A stretch of DNA of 64,000 nucleotides from positions 8,223 through 72,222 of the IMG/VR virus record IMGVR_UViG_3300045988_134667, one strand, 5' to 3'. Position numbers and translations under genes: made by a program. Shown here one piece after another: positions 9,622 through 19,451 of this stretch. The notes under the pieces were generated by a model. The model had not been told where the DNA came from. It ran no database searches and saw nothing but the letters and a program-made list of their open reading frames with translations. This DNA comes from a virus. The number at the start of each line of letters is the position of its first letter. The stretch's first letter is position 1.

Positions 9622-9798
9622 ATGATAATTATCATTAAGGATGGTTATGATGTTATTGATAATCGTCCAGAAGCAGAAATTGCACAGTCAGAGCGTGATT
9701 ACTTTGAGGAGCGTTACAACAGAGACTTAAAACGCAAACTCGAAGCAAATAAGCATCCATTTGCAAAGAAATTATTAGCTGCATGTGGATTATTATAG
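9622..9798 (+). CDS. small hypothetical protein (58 aa)
   Basis: SD GAAGGAGG; frame verified manually and ends in TAG. Confidence 0.4.
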   Translation: MIIIIKDGYDVIDNRPEAEIAQSERDYFEERYNRDLKRKLEANKHPFAKKLLAACGLL

Positions 9799-9815
9799 AA
9801 TGGAGAGTGAAAATC

Positions 9816-9974
9816 ATGGCAAGAACATTACGGGATAATCAGGCATCATGGGACGCATTATTTTATGCAATCATTACAGGATGCACAGCGAAAGACGCAT
9901 TATTAGCTATGGGAATCTGCCCAGATAGCGAAAATAATTTAGCAAGGAGAACAGAAAGAGAGGCGAAAAAATAA
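9816..9974 (+). CDS. small hypothetical protein
   Basis: ORF-track ORF trimmed to an ATG with SD GGAGAGTGA. Confidence 0.4.
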   Translation: MARTLRDNQASWDALFYAIITGCTAKDALLAMGICPDSENNLARRTEREAKK

Positions 9975-10273
9975 ATGAAAGGATATGAAGTACCGGATGG
10001 TTATATGGGACTCGTAGAAGACAGATATATGCTCTTTGCAAGCGAAAGCGATTATAATGAGTATATGCTTCTTCATAAGGAGGTCTAAATGGAAAGAGAA
10101 ATTAAAAACGAATTATTCAATGCATTGTGCAAACGATGCGGAGAACGTAGAACTTGTCATGGGATCTGCGTTGACATGAACAATGCAATGGTAAAGGCAA
10201 ATGAAATTAAAGCGACTGCGAAATAATCTGGTCGCTATTTTATTACAAAAAATATCATAAGGAGGGCACGATT

Positions 10274-11203
10274 ATGTGTAAGAGAGTTTATTTAACAGCA
10301 AAAGAAGCAGAAATGGAAATGCAGGAATCACGGAACGCAGAAGGATTTACTGGCAAAATGGAAACTGATTATATTTCACGGATGATTAAGGACGCAAAAC
10401 GAAACAGTATGGTTGGAGATAAGCTTCAGCTTGTAGTAGATCCAATGTATATCCACATTCCTGAATGGCAGAGAAGATTAAAACTTACAAGAGCATACGC
10501 AATCGGTAATACATATAACAAATACAAATGGGATGTTCCGAAGGTACTGTTCCACAAAGGCAGATTGTATGTTATTGATGGTCAGCACAGAATATATGGC
10601 GCATTTAAGGCGAAAATGGATTCCGTAGTGGTTGAAATCATGGAATGTTCACTCGAAGAAGCAATTGATTTGTTTATCAATCAGTCACAGGATAGAGTGA
10701 AAATGCAGCCTATGGATATTTATAAGGCTGCTATTGCAGGTGGTAAGGGAGATTATGTGAAATTACAGGAAATTTGTCACAAGAATAATGTTGCAGTAAA
10801 AGGAGATGATGATAATGAAAACACAGTAGGAACGCTTACATCTATTTCTGATGGAGTAAAGTTGTCAAAGACAAACCCAGAGCTTCTTGATTCAATGCTT
10901 GCTCTGCTTGGAAAGCTTGGTTGGAACGGATATGCAGATTCTTACAACGGAAAAGCATATACCGCAAAAATTATTCGTGCTTTAAAAGCATTATATGCAT
11001 ACACAGAAGGCAGAACAGATGAAATGGAGAAAGCCTTAATTAAGCATTATAAAGGAACTGAATATTTTGTTGAGAATGTAATGGATAAAACACAAGCACA
11101 AATTTTTGATTATTTGTCTGAAATTGTCCGTTATGAAATGGAAAGTCCATTTACAGATAAAAATAAAACTGCAAAGAAAACAGCAAAAGTAAAAGCAATG
11201 TAA
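10274..11203 (+). CDS. ParB/sulfiredoxin-superfamily nuclease-domain protein with a DGQHR motif (DndB-like)
   Basis: YVIDGQHRIYGAF motif; SD AAGGAGG. Confidence 0.65.
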   Translation: MCKRVYLTAKEAEMEMQESRNAEGFTGKMETDYISRMIKDAKRNSMVGDKLQLVVDPMYIHIPEWQRRLKLTRAYAIGNTYNKYKWDVPKVLFHKGRLYVIDGQHRIYGAFKAKMDSVVVEIMECSLEEAIDLFINQSQDRVKMQPMDIYKAAIAGGKGDYVKLQEICHKNNVAVKGDDDNENTVGTLTSISDGVKLSKTNPELLDSMLALLGKLGWNGYADSYNGKAYTAKIIRALKALYAYTEGRTDEMEKALIKHYKGTEYFVENVMDKTQAQIFDYLSEIVRYEMESPFTDKNKTAKKTAKVKAM

Positions 11204-11322
11204 CAGAGAACAAACAATTAGAAAGCGAGTGATCAATATGAAACATCGGTAAAAGCGAAAATAAGATGCGCTATCAGACTATACGGGCAAACACATTATA
11301 ATAAGGAAAGGATAGATGGATT

Positions 11323-11520
11323 ATGACATATAGAAAGACAAAACAGTTAAGAGAATTCGAACCGATTCTGTTACAGAATGGTTATAGATTTACACGGTGC
11401 AAGGGAAGTCATTTTATTTACATGAATCGAACTTCTCATAAAATCATTGCAGTGAATAAGGATTTAAACAAGATGGTTCGTGGAAGACTTATAAAAGAGA
11501 ATAACTTGGTGGAGGTGTGA
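11323..11520 (+). CDS. hicA: HicA-like mRNA interferase toxin
   Basis: 65 aa. RCKGSHFIYMNRTSHKIIAVNKDLNKMVRGRLIKE contains the YcfA/HicA GSH core. Confidence 0.6.
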   Translation: MTYRKTKQLREFEPILLQNGYRFTRCKGSHFIYMNRTSHKIIAVNKDLNKMVRGRLIKENNLVEV

Positions 11521-11526
11521 TTGATT

Positions 11527-11697
11527 ATGCAGACAAGAAATATTAAAGTGGGAACAAAATTTAAGCATATGAAAGAAGAATGGATCTGTACATCAAATGA
11601 TGGATTCATATTTGAGGCAGATTGTTTAAACAAAAATTGTCCAATGAAAGATTTAATGCTCATAGGATCAAGCGAAGAAGTAGAAGTGATTGAATAA
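11527..11697 (+). CDS. small hypothetical protein downstream of hicA (possible antitoxin partner)
   Basis: 56-aa ORF immediately after the HicA-like gene; no recognisable HicB features. Confidence 0.3.
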   Translation: MQTRNIKVGTKFKHMKEEWICTSNDGFIFEADCLNKNCPMKDLMLIGSSEEVEVIE

Positions 11698-11709
11698 GAG
11701 GTGAGAAAT

Positions 11710-12084
11710 ATGAAATGGATAGAGATTTTACGAAAAGATGACCATGCATTACTGCAAAGCGAAAGTGATACACAGTATGCGGTTGTAAGTGGCTACGATC
11801 CAACACAACCAGAAGATCAGCAGTGGTCAAGTGGAACATATTTTACTTATTGGAATGACGTAAAGCGAAAAGCCGATTGTTTGCAAAATGCTTTAGATTG
11901 TTTCAGAAGTAGAACAGAAGAGAATTATGTAACCAAAGGTCAGAAATACCTTGAAATCTACAGGGAAGATTATAGCGAAGGTACATTCAACGAAATTGTT
12001 ACATCGCTTGGAATTGATAATGACAGAGTTGGAAATTCGATTGGTTGTTATTGCATTGTAGATGAAGAAAGTTTAAAAAGGTAA
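11710..12084 (+). CDS. hypothetical protein
   Basis: ORF-track ORF trimmed to an ATG with SD AAGAGGTGA. Confidence 0.55.
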   Translation: MKWIEILRKDDHALLQSESDTQYAVVSGYDPTQPEDQQWSSGTYFTYWNDVKRKADCLQNALDCFRSRTEENYVTKGQKYLEIYREDYSEGTFNEIVTSLGIDNDRVGNSIGCYCIVDEESLKR

Positions 12085-12107
12085 AAGAATGCGAAGAGGT
12101 ATAGTTC

Positions 12108-12314
12108 ATGCGATTAAGTGATTTATTATCATATATAAGCGAAAATGAAAACGTTTATGTATGGTTGGATGGAAAAATTGTAGCGGAATACAATGGGAGA
12201 GATAGTATTTCTCTTAAATATAATGATTTTGAGGTTGAAAAGGGAAGTCTTAGAAAGTGTGAAAACGGAATCGAAGTTACATTAACAGGAAACTTTATTG
12301 TTCCTAAAAGATAA
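12108..12314 (+). CDS. hypothetical protein
   Basis: ORF track. Confidence 0.45.
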   Translation: MRLSDLLSYISENENVYVWLDGKIVAEYNGRDSISLKYNDFEVEKGSLRKCENGIEVTLTGNFIVPKR

Positions 12315-12398
12315 TGAGCAGGAAGATGTGGATTTTATTATCTCGATGAATGTAATAGCAGAGTAAACAGATATTTCAAGGTAAAAGGAGAATGAACA

Positions 12399-12692
12399 AT
12401 GGTAAGAATTGGTAGTATTGGAATAAATTTGCAGGATGAAACAAAAGAAGTTTCAACCGAAAATAAAGTTTTGAGTTTTCATCTTTTTGGTCAGTGCCCA
12501 AAATGTAAAAGAGAAATAGAACTTGTAGAATCTATGAAAACAGATTCTTGTGAATGCGAAGATTCATATTCATTCACAGGTTGGAGATATAAATGTAAAT
12601 GTGGTCATGTGGTGCAAATTCATGAAGATGCTTTTGATTCTGTCATTGATTCGTTTTATGAAGTTGGATTTGTAGAAGAAAACGCAGAGTAA
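12399..12692 (+). CDS. zinc-ribbon protein
   Basis: CPKCKRE...CECED...CKCGH. Confidence 0.5.
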   Translation: MVRIGSIGINLQDETKEVSTENKVLSFHLFGQCPKCKREIELVESMKTDSCECEDSYSFTGWRYKCKCGHVVQIHEDAFDSVIDSFYEVGFVEENAE

Positions 12693-12724
12693 ATGGATAT
12701 TTCATAAGGAAAGTGAGGAAAATT

Positions 12725-13024
12725 ATGGTAAGAGAATGTTATAAGGAAATTTATAAATTACGGAATTTACTTGATGTAGCAGGCATTCCGTATGTTTTTG
12801 AAAATGGATTTTTAAATGGAGCTGCATTAGCATATCCAAATAGAAATGAAGGAGAGTTTGTTTGTTCTGTAATTGAGCATGATGGAAGTTATGGAAGAAA
12901 CGATGACAAGTTAGAACTTATGGGACTACTTACAAATGAAGAAAGTGAATGTGATGACGTTGTAGGATGGCTTACAGCAGAAGATGCGTTTAACAGAATT
13001 TCTAAACATTATAATGCACAGTAA
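12725..13024 (+). CDS. hypothetical protein
   Basis: ORF track trimmed to an ATG with SD AGTGAGGAAA. Confidence 0.5.
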   Translation: MVRECYKEIYKLRNLLDVAGIPYVFENGFLNGAALAYPNRNEGEFVCSVIEHDGSYGRNDDKLELMGLLTNEESECDDVVGWLTAEDAFNRISKHYNAQ

Positions 13025-13363
13025 ATGCGTGTTTCTTTTGAAAGGAAGGTAGGGAAAATGAAAGGTACGATAAAAGTAAATAAATTAAATAAGTCAGGTC
13101 TGTTTATTTCTGAAGTTGATTGGGATAAATGTTATAAAAGTGAAAGTAATCCTGATGGAAATTTCGTAATGATAATTGAGCCATTGGAGGGATGTGATAA
13201 AGGAATTATTTATTACGAGAAAGTGGATAATGGCTATCTTATAATGGGAGAAGCTTATATTATTCAAAATAAAATTGATAGAATTGAAGCGGAAATACAG
13301 AAATGGAAAGCAGCATATAAAAGTAGACCGTTTAATTATGTAAAAGAAAAATTACACAACTAA
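13025..13363 (+). CDS. hypothetical protein
   Basis: ORF track. The true start may instead be the internal ATG (MKGTIKV). Confidence 0.5.
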   Translation: MRVSFERKVGKMKGTIKVNKLNKSGLFISEVDWDKCYKSESNPDGNFVMIIEPLEGCDKGIIYYEKVDNGYLIMGEAYIIQNKIDRIEAEIQKWKAAYKSRPFNYVKEKLHN

Positions 13364-13401
13364 GAAATTCGCATTTACTAGGGAAATGGAGGACAACAGA
13401 T

Positions 13402-13638
13402 ATGAATATCAATTATTTTAGAGATAAGTATATGAATAAAGAATTTATGATAATTACTAATACTGAACGAACAGTATTAGTAACTGATATTGATGACTTT
13501 TATATGACAGTCAAAGTGACAAAGAATAAATACAGTAGGCAAAACTGTATTGGAAATTATTTTCCGTATGTGGATGATATTGTGAAATATCCTCTCACGG
13601 CATTACCAGTGATGTATGAAGTATCAGAAGGAAACTAA
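13402..13638 (+). CDS. hypothetical protein
   Basis: ORF track; SD GGAAATGGAGGA. Confidence 0.5.
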   Translation: MNINYFRDKYMNKEFMIITNTERTVLVTDIDDFYMTVKVTKNKYSRQNCIGNYFPYVDDIVKYPLTALPVMYEVSEGN

Positions 13639-13664
13639 GATTTCTTAAGAAGTAGTGAAGAGAA

Positions 13665-13856
13665 ATGGCAAAATATACATGTAACAAGACAAAGGATGAA
13701 ATTCTTGAGATTATTGCAGAAGAGTTTAAAAAAGTAAACAGAGATTATGATGATGCAATGCAAAATAACAACGAGAAACTCAAGGTACGGAATCAGGGTA
13801 GATATGCAGCAATGTTTGATTTGTTACATAAGTTAGAGATTTATGAAAAGGAGTGA
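13665..13856 (+). CDS. hypothetical protein
   Basis: ORF track. Confidence 0.45.
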   Translation: MAKYTCNKTKDEILEIIAEEFKKVNRDYDDAMQNNNEKLKVRNQGRYAAMFDLLHKLEIYEKE

Positions 13857-13862
13857 AGAGAA

Positions 13863-14078
13863 ATGACAAGCATTGAAAAGTCAAAAGAGGACGTACGGAA
13901 CTTAAATGAATTCACAAATCATTTGATTAAATTATTTGAATCGGATGACAAGCGGTTCTCATTTGAATTTTGTACATGTGGCACAATGGAGATTTATGAC
14001 AAAGAAAAAGAAATCGGTTATGCAGTTCACATTGCACCGATTGAATATGATGAAGATGGAAACGCAACAAATTTATAA
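13863..14078 (+). CDS. hypothetical protein
   Basis: ORF track. Confidence 0.45.
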   Translation: MTSIEKSKEDVRNLNEFTNHLIKLFESDDKRFSFEFCTCGTMEIYDKEKEIGYAVHIAPIEYDEDGNATNL

Positions 14079-14088
14079 AGGAGACGGA

Positions 14089-14262
14089 ATGAATTACTTA
14101 GAGTATATTATCTATCATAATTGTGATAAAGGCAGAATCGTAGTACGACACACACAAAGATTTTTCACAAGTTATGAAGAAGCGAAAGAAAATGCAAAAC
14201 ATTGGATAGAACAGAATTATCCGAATGAGAATATAAACAATTTTGAAATATATGTTAAATAA
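14089..14262 (+). CDS. small hypothetical protein (57 aa)
   Basis: ATG with SD AAGGAGACGGA. The end coincides with the end of track ORF 13936..14262. Confidence 0.45.
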   Translation: MNYLEYIIYHNCDKGRIVVRHTQRFFTSYEEAKENAKHWIEQNYPNENINNFEIYVK

Positions 14263-14323
14263 GTCAAGGGCAGTTAGGAGAATAAATACCTAGCTGCCTA
14301 TTTTATTACAAGAAAGCGAGAAA

Positions 14324-14599
14324 ATGATTATGAGCAGATGGTTATATGATCCTGAAACGGATTCACGGAATGGAAAAGAGTTTACTTACAATTTGCCAAT
14401 ACATGAAAATGAGGACTTACTTTTAGGTTTTACATATAGGCAAATTATGGACGAAGTGATTGCAAATTACGGTCATAATGTAACAGAAAAAGAAATCAGA
14501 AAACAGGTAAACGAACATCTGGAAATGGTTAAAGAAAATATGGAAGAAAATTTAATGTTGTGTATCGACAGTATGTTGAAAGAAATTAAGGAGGCGTAA
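14324..14599 (+). CDS. hypothetical protein
   Basis: ORF track. Confidence 0.5.
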   Translation: MIMSRWLYDPETDSRNGKEFTYNLPIHENEDLLLGFTYRQIMDEVIANYGHNVTEKEIRKQVNEHLEMVKENMEENLMLCIDSMLKEIKEA

Positions 14600-14601
14600 T
14601 T

Positions 14602-15360
14602 ATGTATAAAATCATTAATCCATGTAAATGTAAGGTTTACACAAGAACAGGAAACGAAGTAGATAGAAATGCATTTGTGAGAATTGAATATAAAGATTCA
14701 AAATTAAGTATGAGTGGTGTAGTTGCGCCATTATCAAATAGAGATTGTCTTGGCTCTTCTGGTCAGTGTGTTGATGAAATCAGAAATGGTTCACCAACAG
14801 ATGAGTGGACAACGGAAATGCTTAACAAATTATGTGATATTTGGGATAGATGGCATTTGAATGATATACGTCCTTATTGTGAACACATGAGAGAACTTGG
14901 ATGGGCAGAGCACACTCAGGATAAAGTTAAAATTGAGAAATGGACTTTGACGAAAGAAGCGTGTCAGAAAAAAGACAACGCAAAGAAAAGAGCGGTGGAG
15001 TGTTTAAAAAATGGAGAACCTTTTTATCCGACAAAAGAAGAAACCGTATATGCAAATATGGAATATTCTATTGATGTTTACAATGATGAAGATATCTTTG
15101 AAAAATATGGAAATTTATATAAAAATGCATACGAATTAAAAGAGAAAGATTGTTTAGGACATTCAAATACAGAATATAAGACAAGAGGTTGGATTTCATA
15201 TAAAGATCACAAACTCGGTTTTATTGGTAGAGAATGTCCAGTGTGCGGCTATAAATACGGAACTGCTTGGAAGATGGAAGAAGTACCACAGGATATAATT
15301 GAGTGGCTGGAAAGTTTACCAGAAACTAAAGTAAAGCCAGCATGGTATAAGGAGGTCTAG
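14602..15360 (+). CDS. hypothetical protein with a C-terminal CPVCGYKYG zinc-ribbon-like element
   Basis: 252-aa ORF; SD AAGGAGG. Confidence 0.6.
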   Translation: MYKIINPCKCKVYTRTGNEVDRNAFVRIEYKDSKLSMSGVVAPLSNRDCLGSSGQCVDEIRNGSPTDEWTTEMLNKLCDIWDRWHLNDIRPYCEHMRELGWAEHTQDKVKIEKWTLTKEACQKKDNAKKRAVECLKNGEPFYPTKEETVYANMEYSIDVYNDEDIFEKYGNLYKNAYELKEKDCLGHSNTEYKTRGWISYKDHKLGFIGRECPVCGYKYGTAWKMEEVPQDIIEWLESLPETKVKPAWYKEV

Positions 15361-15361
15361 T

Positions 15362-15601
15362 ATGAGAGAAATTGAAGTAAACAATGGATGTAAAATTGTA
15401 TTAGAGAATAAATCACAAGGTATAGAAGTTATTCATTGTGACAGTAAGGGAGGTATTGAATATAGTTACAATATTCCTGATGGCGAACTTGTAATGTTGC
15501 TGAATTATTACAGAAACTGTAAGAGTGGCAGAGAAAAATCTGATTATATATTAGAAGGTAAAATTAGAAATACGAACACGGATATCGTTGAATATATATA
15601 G
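15362..15601 (+). CDS. hypothetical protein
   Basis: ORF track. Confidence 0.5.
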   Translation: MREIEVNNGCKIVLENKSQGIEVIHCDSKGGIEYSYNIPDGELVMLLNYYRNCKSGREKSDYILEGKIRNTNTDIVEYI

Positions 15602-15641
15602 TCAAAGGAAATTGTAATTTACTTAGAAGGAGCGTGTTTGT

Positions 15642-15902
15642 ATGGATAAAGAAAGATATCAGAAATATGTAGAAATTGCAAAGAGAGCAGAAAACGAAAA
15701 TCTTTACAGTGGAGAGAGAATAAGTCTGTTAATGGATATTGAAAGTGCGGATCAGAAATTCCATTTAAGATTAGACGATTGGTTGAAGGCAGACGAATTC
15801 AATTTTACTCATGATTTGTATGGAATTATGAATAATATCAATAGAACTGAATTTCCTGCAATAGATTTTGGATTATTTATTCCAAGATTCGCAGGCAAGT
15901 AA
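15642..15902 (+). CDS. hypothetical protein
   Basis: ORF track; SD GAAGGAGCG. Confidence 0.5.
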   Translation: MDKERYQKYVEIAKRAENENLYSGERISLLMDIESADQKFHLRLDDWLKADEFNFTHDLYGIMNNINRTEFPAIDFGLFIPRFAGK

Positions 15903-15967
15903 TACAGAGAATAATAAGGCAGACGCAAACAAATGTGTCTGTCTTATTTATTGGAAAGGAGAGTAAA

Positions 15968-16606
15968 ATGGGACTTTTATATTTAAAGAATGAAGAGAAA
16001 CGGTTGTACAGTGCATACGGATTAACCGTATATGGCAGACAGGATAGATATGAATGGACTATCTACAACAATAAACCAGATGAAAATGTATATACATCAT
16101 TACGGATTGAGCGAAACGGAGAGGAAATCTACAGCAGAAATCTTGGTAATAGATGTATCTTTGAAGAGAATTTCAACAGAACGATTGATAACTTCTTATG
16201 GTGGATTGATAAAGATAATCCTGATGCATATGACATTGATAATGCAGTTATTAAGGATCTGTGTGAAACAAACTCATTATTTAATCATCTGATTGGAAAT
16301 CGTAAGCGAAAAGAACAGACAGAAGCCAATGAGAAAGCAAGGGTTGAAGCAATCAGAGAAGAGGAACAGAGACAGATTGATTTGATCAAGCAGTATTGTG
16401 AAAAGAAAAATCTGTTATTCAAACAGTATTATGAAAAGGTTTATCTGATTAAGCTACACAATAAAGATGTAAGGCAGATGATTGAAAATGCAGACAATAA
16501 GCAGTTTGAAGGATTGAGAGATTTTATGAATGAACATCCTGATAACAAAGAGGCTGTGATTGTAATGAATGGAAACATTGAAGATATAGTAAGGCAGATA
16601 GCATAG
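15968..16606 (+). CDS. hypothetical protein
   Basis: ORF track trimmed to an ATG (MGLLYLK) with SD AAGGAGAG. The upstream ATG lies in a terminator-like hairpin. Confidence 0.55.
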   Translation: MGLLYLKNEEKRLYSAYGLTVYGRQDRYEWTIYNNKPDENVYTSLRIERNGEEIYSRNLGNRCIFEENFNRTIDNFLWWIDKDNPDAYDIDNAVIKDLCETNSLFNHLIGNRKRKEQTEANEKARVEAIREEEQRQIDLIKQYCEKKNLLFKQYYEKVYLIKLHNKDVRQMIENADNKQFEGLRDFMNEHPDNKEAVIVMNGNIEDIVRQIA

Positions 16607-16624
16607 AAAGTGAGGTTGATTGAT

Positions 16625-17008
16625 ATGGAATTAAAATTATCAAATTGTTCAATAGATAAATTTGTGAATTATGCAATAGAGAGAATGAATAAGCATCGTA
16701 TGGATAATAAATACCATTATTCTTACATGACAGAATCACGATTGAGAAAAGTGTTTCAGTATATGTGTGACAGAAAAACAAAATGTTCAGGATCTAATTA
16801 TTATATTTCAGATACAGATGGATTTATTAGTAAATTCTCACAGCCAGAAGAAGAGAAACAGGAGTTAATGGAAGAAATGCTATTCCATGAAGTATGGTGC
16901 AAGTGTGAATGGATTTATAGGATTATTGATAAAGAAAGAGAATTTTATGAATCATTAAAAGGATACGTCGGTGCAAGAAAAGTAAAAGAATTTGAGAATG
17001 TAGCATAG
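16625..17008 (+). CDS. hypothetical protein
   Basis: ORF track trimmed to an ATG (MELKLSN) with SD AAGTGAGG. Confidence 0.55.
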   Translation: MELKLSNCSIDKFVNYAIERMNKHRMDNKYHYSYMTESRLRKVFQYMCDRKTKCSGSNYYISDTDGFISKFSQPEEEKQELMEEMLFHEVWCKCEWIYRIIDKEREFYESLKGYVGARKVKEFENVA

Positions 17009-17021
17009 GAGGTTGAGTAAT

Positions 17022-17720
17022 ATGTATATAGAACATGATTATCATTATATAAATGCAAATGAAAAATTGTTAATAGAAAAAGGTTACGGAAAGATTTCAA
17101 TACATTCTATTCATTTTGATAGACATTATTCAGAAGAACAAAAAGAGAAAAATCGGCAAATCGCAGAAAAGATGACAAAAGAGGAATGGAGTATACATTG
17201 TGAAAAAGTCGCAAAAAGCTTTGCAAAACCATTAAATGATATTCTGAAGCAGTTTATAGACAGATATGATATTCACCAGGTTTCAGAAGAAACAGATACG
17301 ATGGAACATTATAAAAGTGATTGGGATTTATATTTTTGGAGTAATAAAGGATGGAATGGAAAAGATTATATGGACTGTTTCAAACTTGATTTTAACACGA
17401 ACAGAAGTGTAGAAAAGAATATGGCTTTGTTAAATGAAATTATTCCTCTTGTTAAGTCTATGGAATATGAAAACATAGGTTGTCGTATACAATATGATGC
17501 TGTCTTAGACAAAGAAAAAATAGAAAGAGAAGCGAAAGAAATCTGTGAAAAGCTTACAGGAAAATTTATAACATATTGTGGGATTGAAGGAAAAATCAAA
17601 GTTGTGGATGAAGTTAATAACTATAAAACTTATGGATTTTTTAGAAAAGGTGCAAAAAGCAAGTATTATAAAGTATCAAATACAGAAATATTAGCAATGA
17701 AATTACAGGAGGCAATTTAA
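17022..17720 (+). CDS. hypothetical protein
   Basis: ORF track trimmed to an ATG (MYIEHDYHY) with SD AGGAGG. Confidence 0.6.
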   Translation: MYIEHDYHYINANEKLLIEKGYGKISIHSIHFDRHYSEEQKEKNRQIAEKMTKEEWSIHCEKVAKSFAKPLNDILKQFIDRYDIHQVSEETDTMEHYKSDWDLYFWSNKGWNGKDYMDCFKLDFNTNRSVEKNMALLNEIIPLVKSMEYENIGCRIQYDAVLDKEKIEREAKEICEKLTGKFITYCGIEGKIKVVDEVNNYKTYGFFRKGAKSKYYKVSNTEILAMKLQEAI

Positions 17721-17960
17721 TATGGAAGATAAAGTCGTAATTGATATATTAAAGGAACTAAGAAATGAATTTTTACAGAGAGTTGAAGAATTGTAAGATG
17801 CCTATAGAGAATGTGGTCATAATTCAATTTGTAATAGAATCTCACAGTTACATGAAGACATAAATGCAATCGAAAAGAAAATTAAAAGAATTAGTCCTAG
17901 CGATTATAATTGGTAATTCCAAAGGAAAGAACTGTTTATTTAGAAAGTGAGGCAAGTAAA

Positions 17961-18185
17961 ATGGTTGATTATACAAGAATAAATGTGTCAAAAGATGGCA
18001 AATATTTATTCGCAACAGAACAAGGACAGCTTACATACGATTGGGAAGCAAAACGGGTTTACAAATTATTAAAAGAAAAATTTCCAGAAAACGAAGGCTA
18101 CAAAGTTTCTGTAATAGAATGGAGAGCAAGAGGAATTGAACCAGATTGGGCGAAGGAGGTAAACGATAATGAAAACAATAATTGA
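17961..18185 (+). CDS. hypothetical protein
   Basis: ORF track trimmed to an ATG (MVDYTRI) with SD AGTGAGG. Confidence 0.5.
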   Translation: MVDYTRINVSKDGKYLFATEQGQLTYDWEAKRVYKLLKEKFPENEGYKVSVIEWRARGIEPDWAKEVNDNENNN

Positions 18186-18492
18186 TAAAAGTGAATGTAA
18201 ACAATTAAGTGACAATATTGAAGGCAAATTAGTAGTAATTAAACCAGATTTTTTCAAACCAGAGTTTAAAGACGCAAAATATCAAATTGTACTTGCAACT
18301 GGTGGTTTTGGATGTGACGCAGATAAATTTGGAACTGCTGTGTTTGTAACAGAATGTTGTGAAGATCCCGAAGAATATAGGCAAGAAAGATACAATCTTA
18401 TTGGTGAACCTACAAAAGAAATGATTGAGAAATGGAAATCTTTATATGGTGAGTTTAATGAGAAAGTACAGAAAGCATTGGAGGTGCAGTAA
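18169..18492 (+). CDS. hypothetical protein
   Basis: ORF track; overlaps the upstream gene. Confidence 0.55.
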   Translation: MKTIIDKSECKQLSDNIEGKLVVIKPDFFKPEFKDAKYQIVLATGGFGCDADKFGTAVFVTECCEDPEEYRQERYNLIGEPTKEMIEKWKSLYGEFNEKVQKALEVQ

Positions 18493-18494
18493 TT

Positions 18495-18665
18495 ATGATG
18501 ACAGAAGAGAGATTCAAAGAGACTAATTATAAAATGAGTTACGAGGAATACAAGAAATGCTGTTGCCAAAGATGTATGAAGGAAGATTGCATTCATAGAG
18601 ATGCATATAGAAGATTGCCTGAAATTGATGGTGGTCTTGGTTTGTGTCCTAATTTGAAAGGATAG
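18495..18665 (+). CDS. small Cys-rich protein (56 aa, CCCQRC...C...C)
   Basis: SD GGAGGTG; frame read manually. Confidence 0.4.
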   Translation: MMTEERFKETNYKMSYEEYKKCCCQRCMKEDCIHRDAYRRLPEIDGGLGLCPNLKG

Positions 18666-18673
18666 TGATTAGT

Positions 18674-18862
18674 ATGAGAGATTTAAAACCTGGTGATGTT
18701 GTTCATGTTCAAGGAATTGTTTGTGAGATTGCAGAAATTGCATGGCAAGAGCCTTGGGATCGGAGAGAGGCATATTACTTAGAGTTTAGAGATACAAATG
18801 GAATATACAGAAGTTGGAAACAAAATTTCGATGGTGGTTATGCTGAGTTGAAGGGAGAGTGA
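18674..18862 (+). CDS. hypothetical protein
   Basis: ORF track trimmed to an ATG (MRDLKPGD). Confidence 0.5.
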   Translation: MRDLKPGDVVHVQGIVCEIAEIAWQEPWDRREAYYLEFRDTNGIYRSWKQNFDGGYAELKGE

Positions 18863-18866
18863 TTAA

Positions 18867-19058
18867 ATGGAAGAATTACTAAACAAATTAACAGAAGAAC
18901 AGAAAACAGAGTTGAGTAATCTGTGCCAAAAAATTAATGATATTTTTGAGGAAAATGATAACTTTACTGAAGATGATGTAGATAAATATGTAGGTACTTC
19001 ATTGCAAAAGGGAATTTACCAAGTAATGAATGAGTTAGGCTTATGGTGTACTATATAA
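18867..19058 (+). CDS. hypothetical protein
   Basis: ORF track. Confidence 0.5.
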   Translation: MEELLNKLTEEQKTELSNLCQKINDIFEENDNFTEDDVDKYVGTSLQKGIYQVMNELGLWCTI

Positions 19059-19229
19059 GCTGTCTGGTGAAAATAAAGGTAATTTAGACCACGAAGAAAT
19101 GTTCAATACCAAATAGCAGATGGACAAAAGATATGATGAATTGTTCAAAAAAGGATTTGTATGGCTTAAATCCTACGGCATGGAAACAGATTGATGAGAA
19201 CAGATGGTGTCGATTGGAGGGATATTAAA

Positions 19230-19451
19230 ATGAAAATAAGAACATATCAAAACAAGAGAAATAAACGAAAATACATCGAAGTGCATAATGATGGACATCA
19301 TCATAATTCTGTTCGTCAGTATATACAGCACGATCAGAAAATTGCAGGTCATAAAGTTGGAGTTGTTAGAAATTATACTGGCGATGGAAAACTTCATCGG
19401 TGGAGAAAAGGTAACTTAAATGAGCTATTGGAAGATTACAAAGAGGTGTGA
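19230..19451 (+). CDS. His-rich small protein
   Basis: ORF track trimmed to an ATG (MKIRTYQ) with SD TGGAGGGA; HNDGHHHNS. Confidence 0.5.
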   Translation: MKIRTYQNKRNKRKYIEVHNDGHHHNSVRQYIQHDQKIAGHKVGVVRNYTGDGKLHRWRKGNLNELLEDYKEV

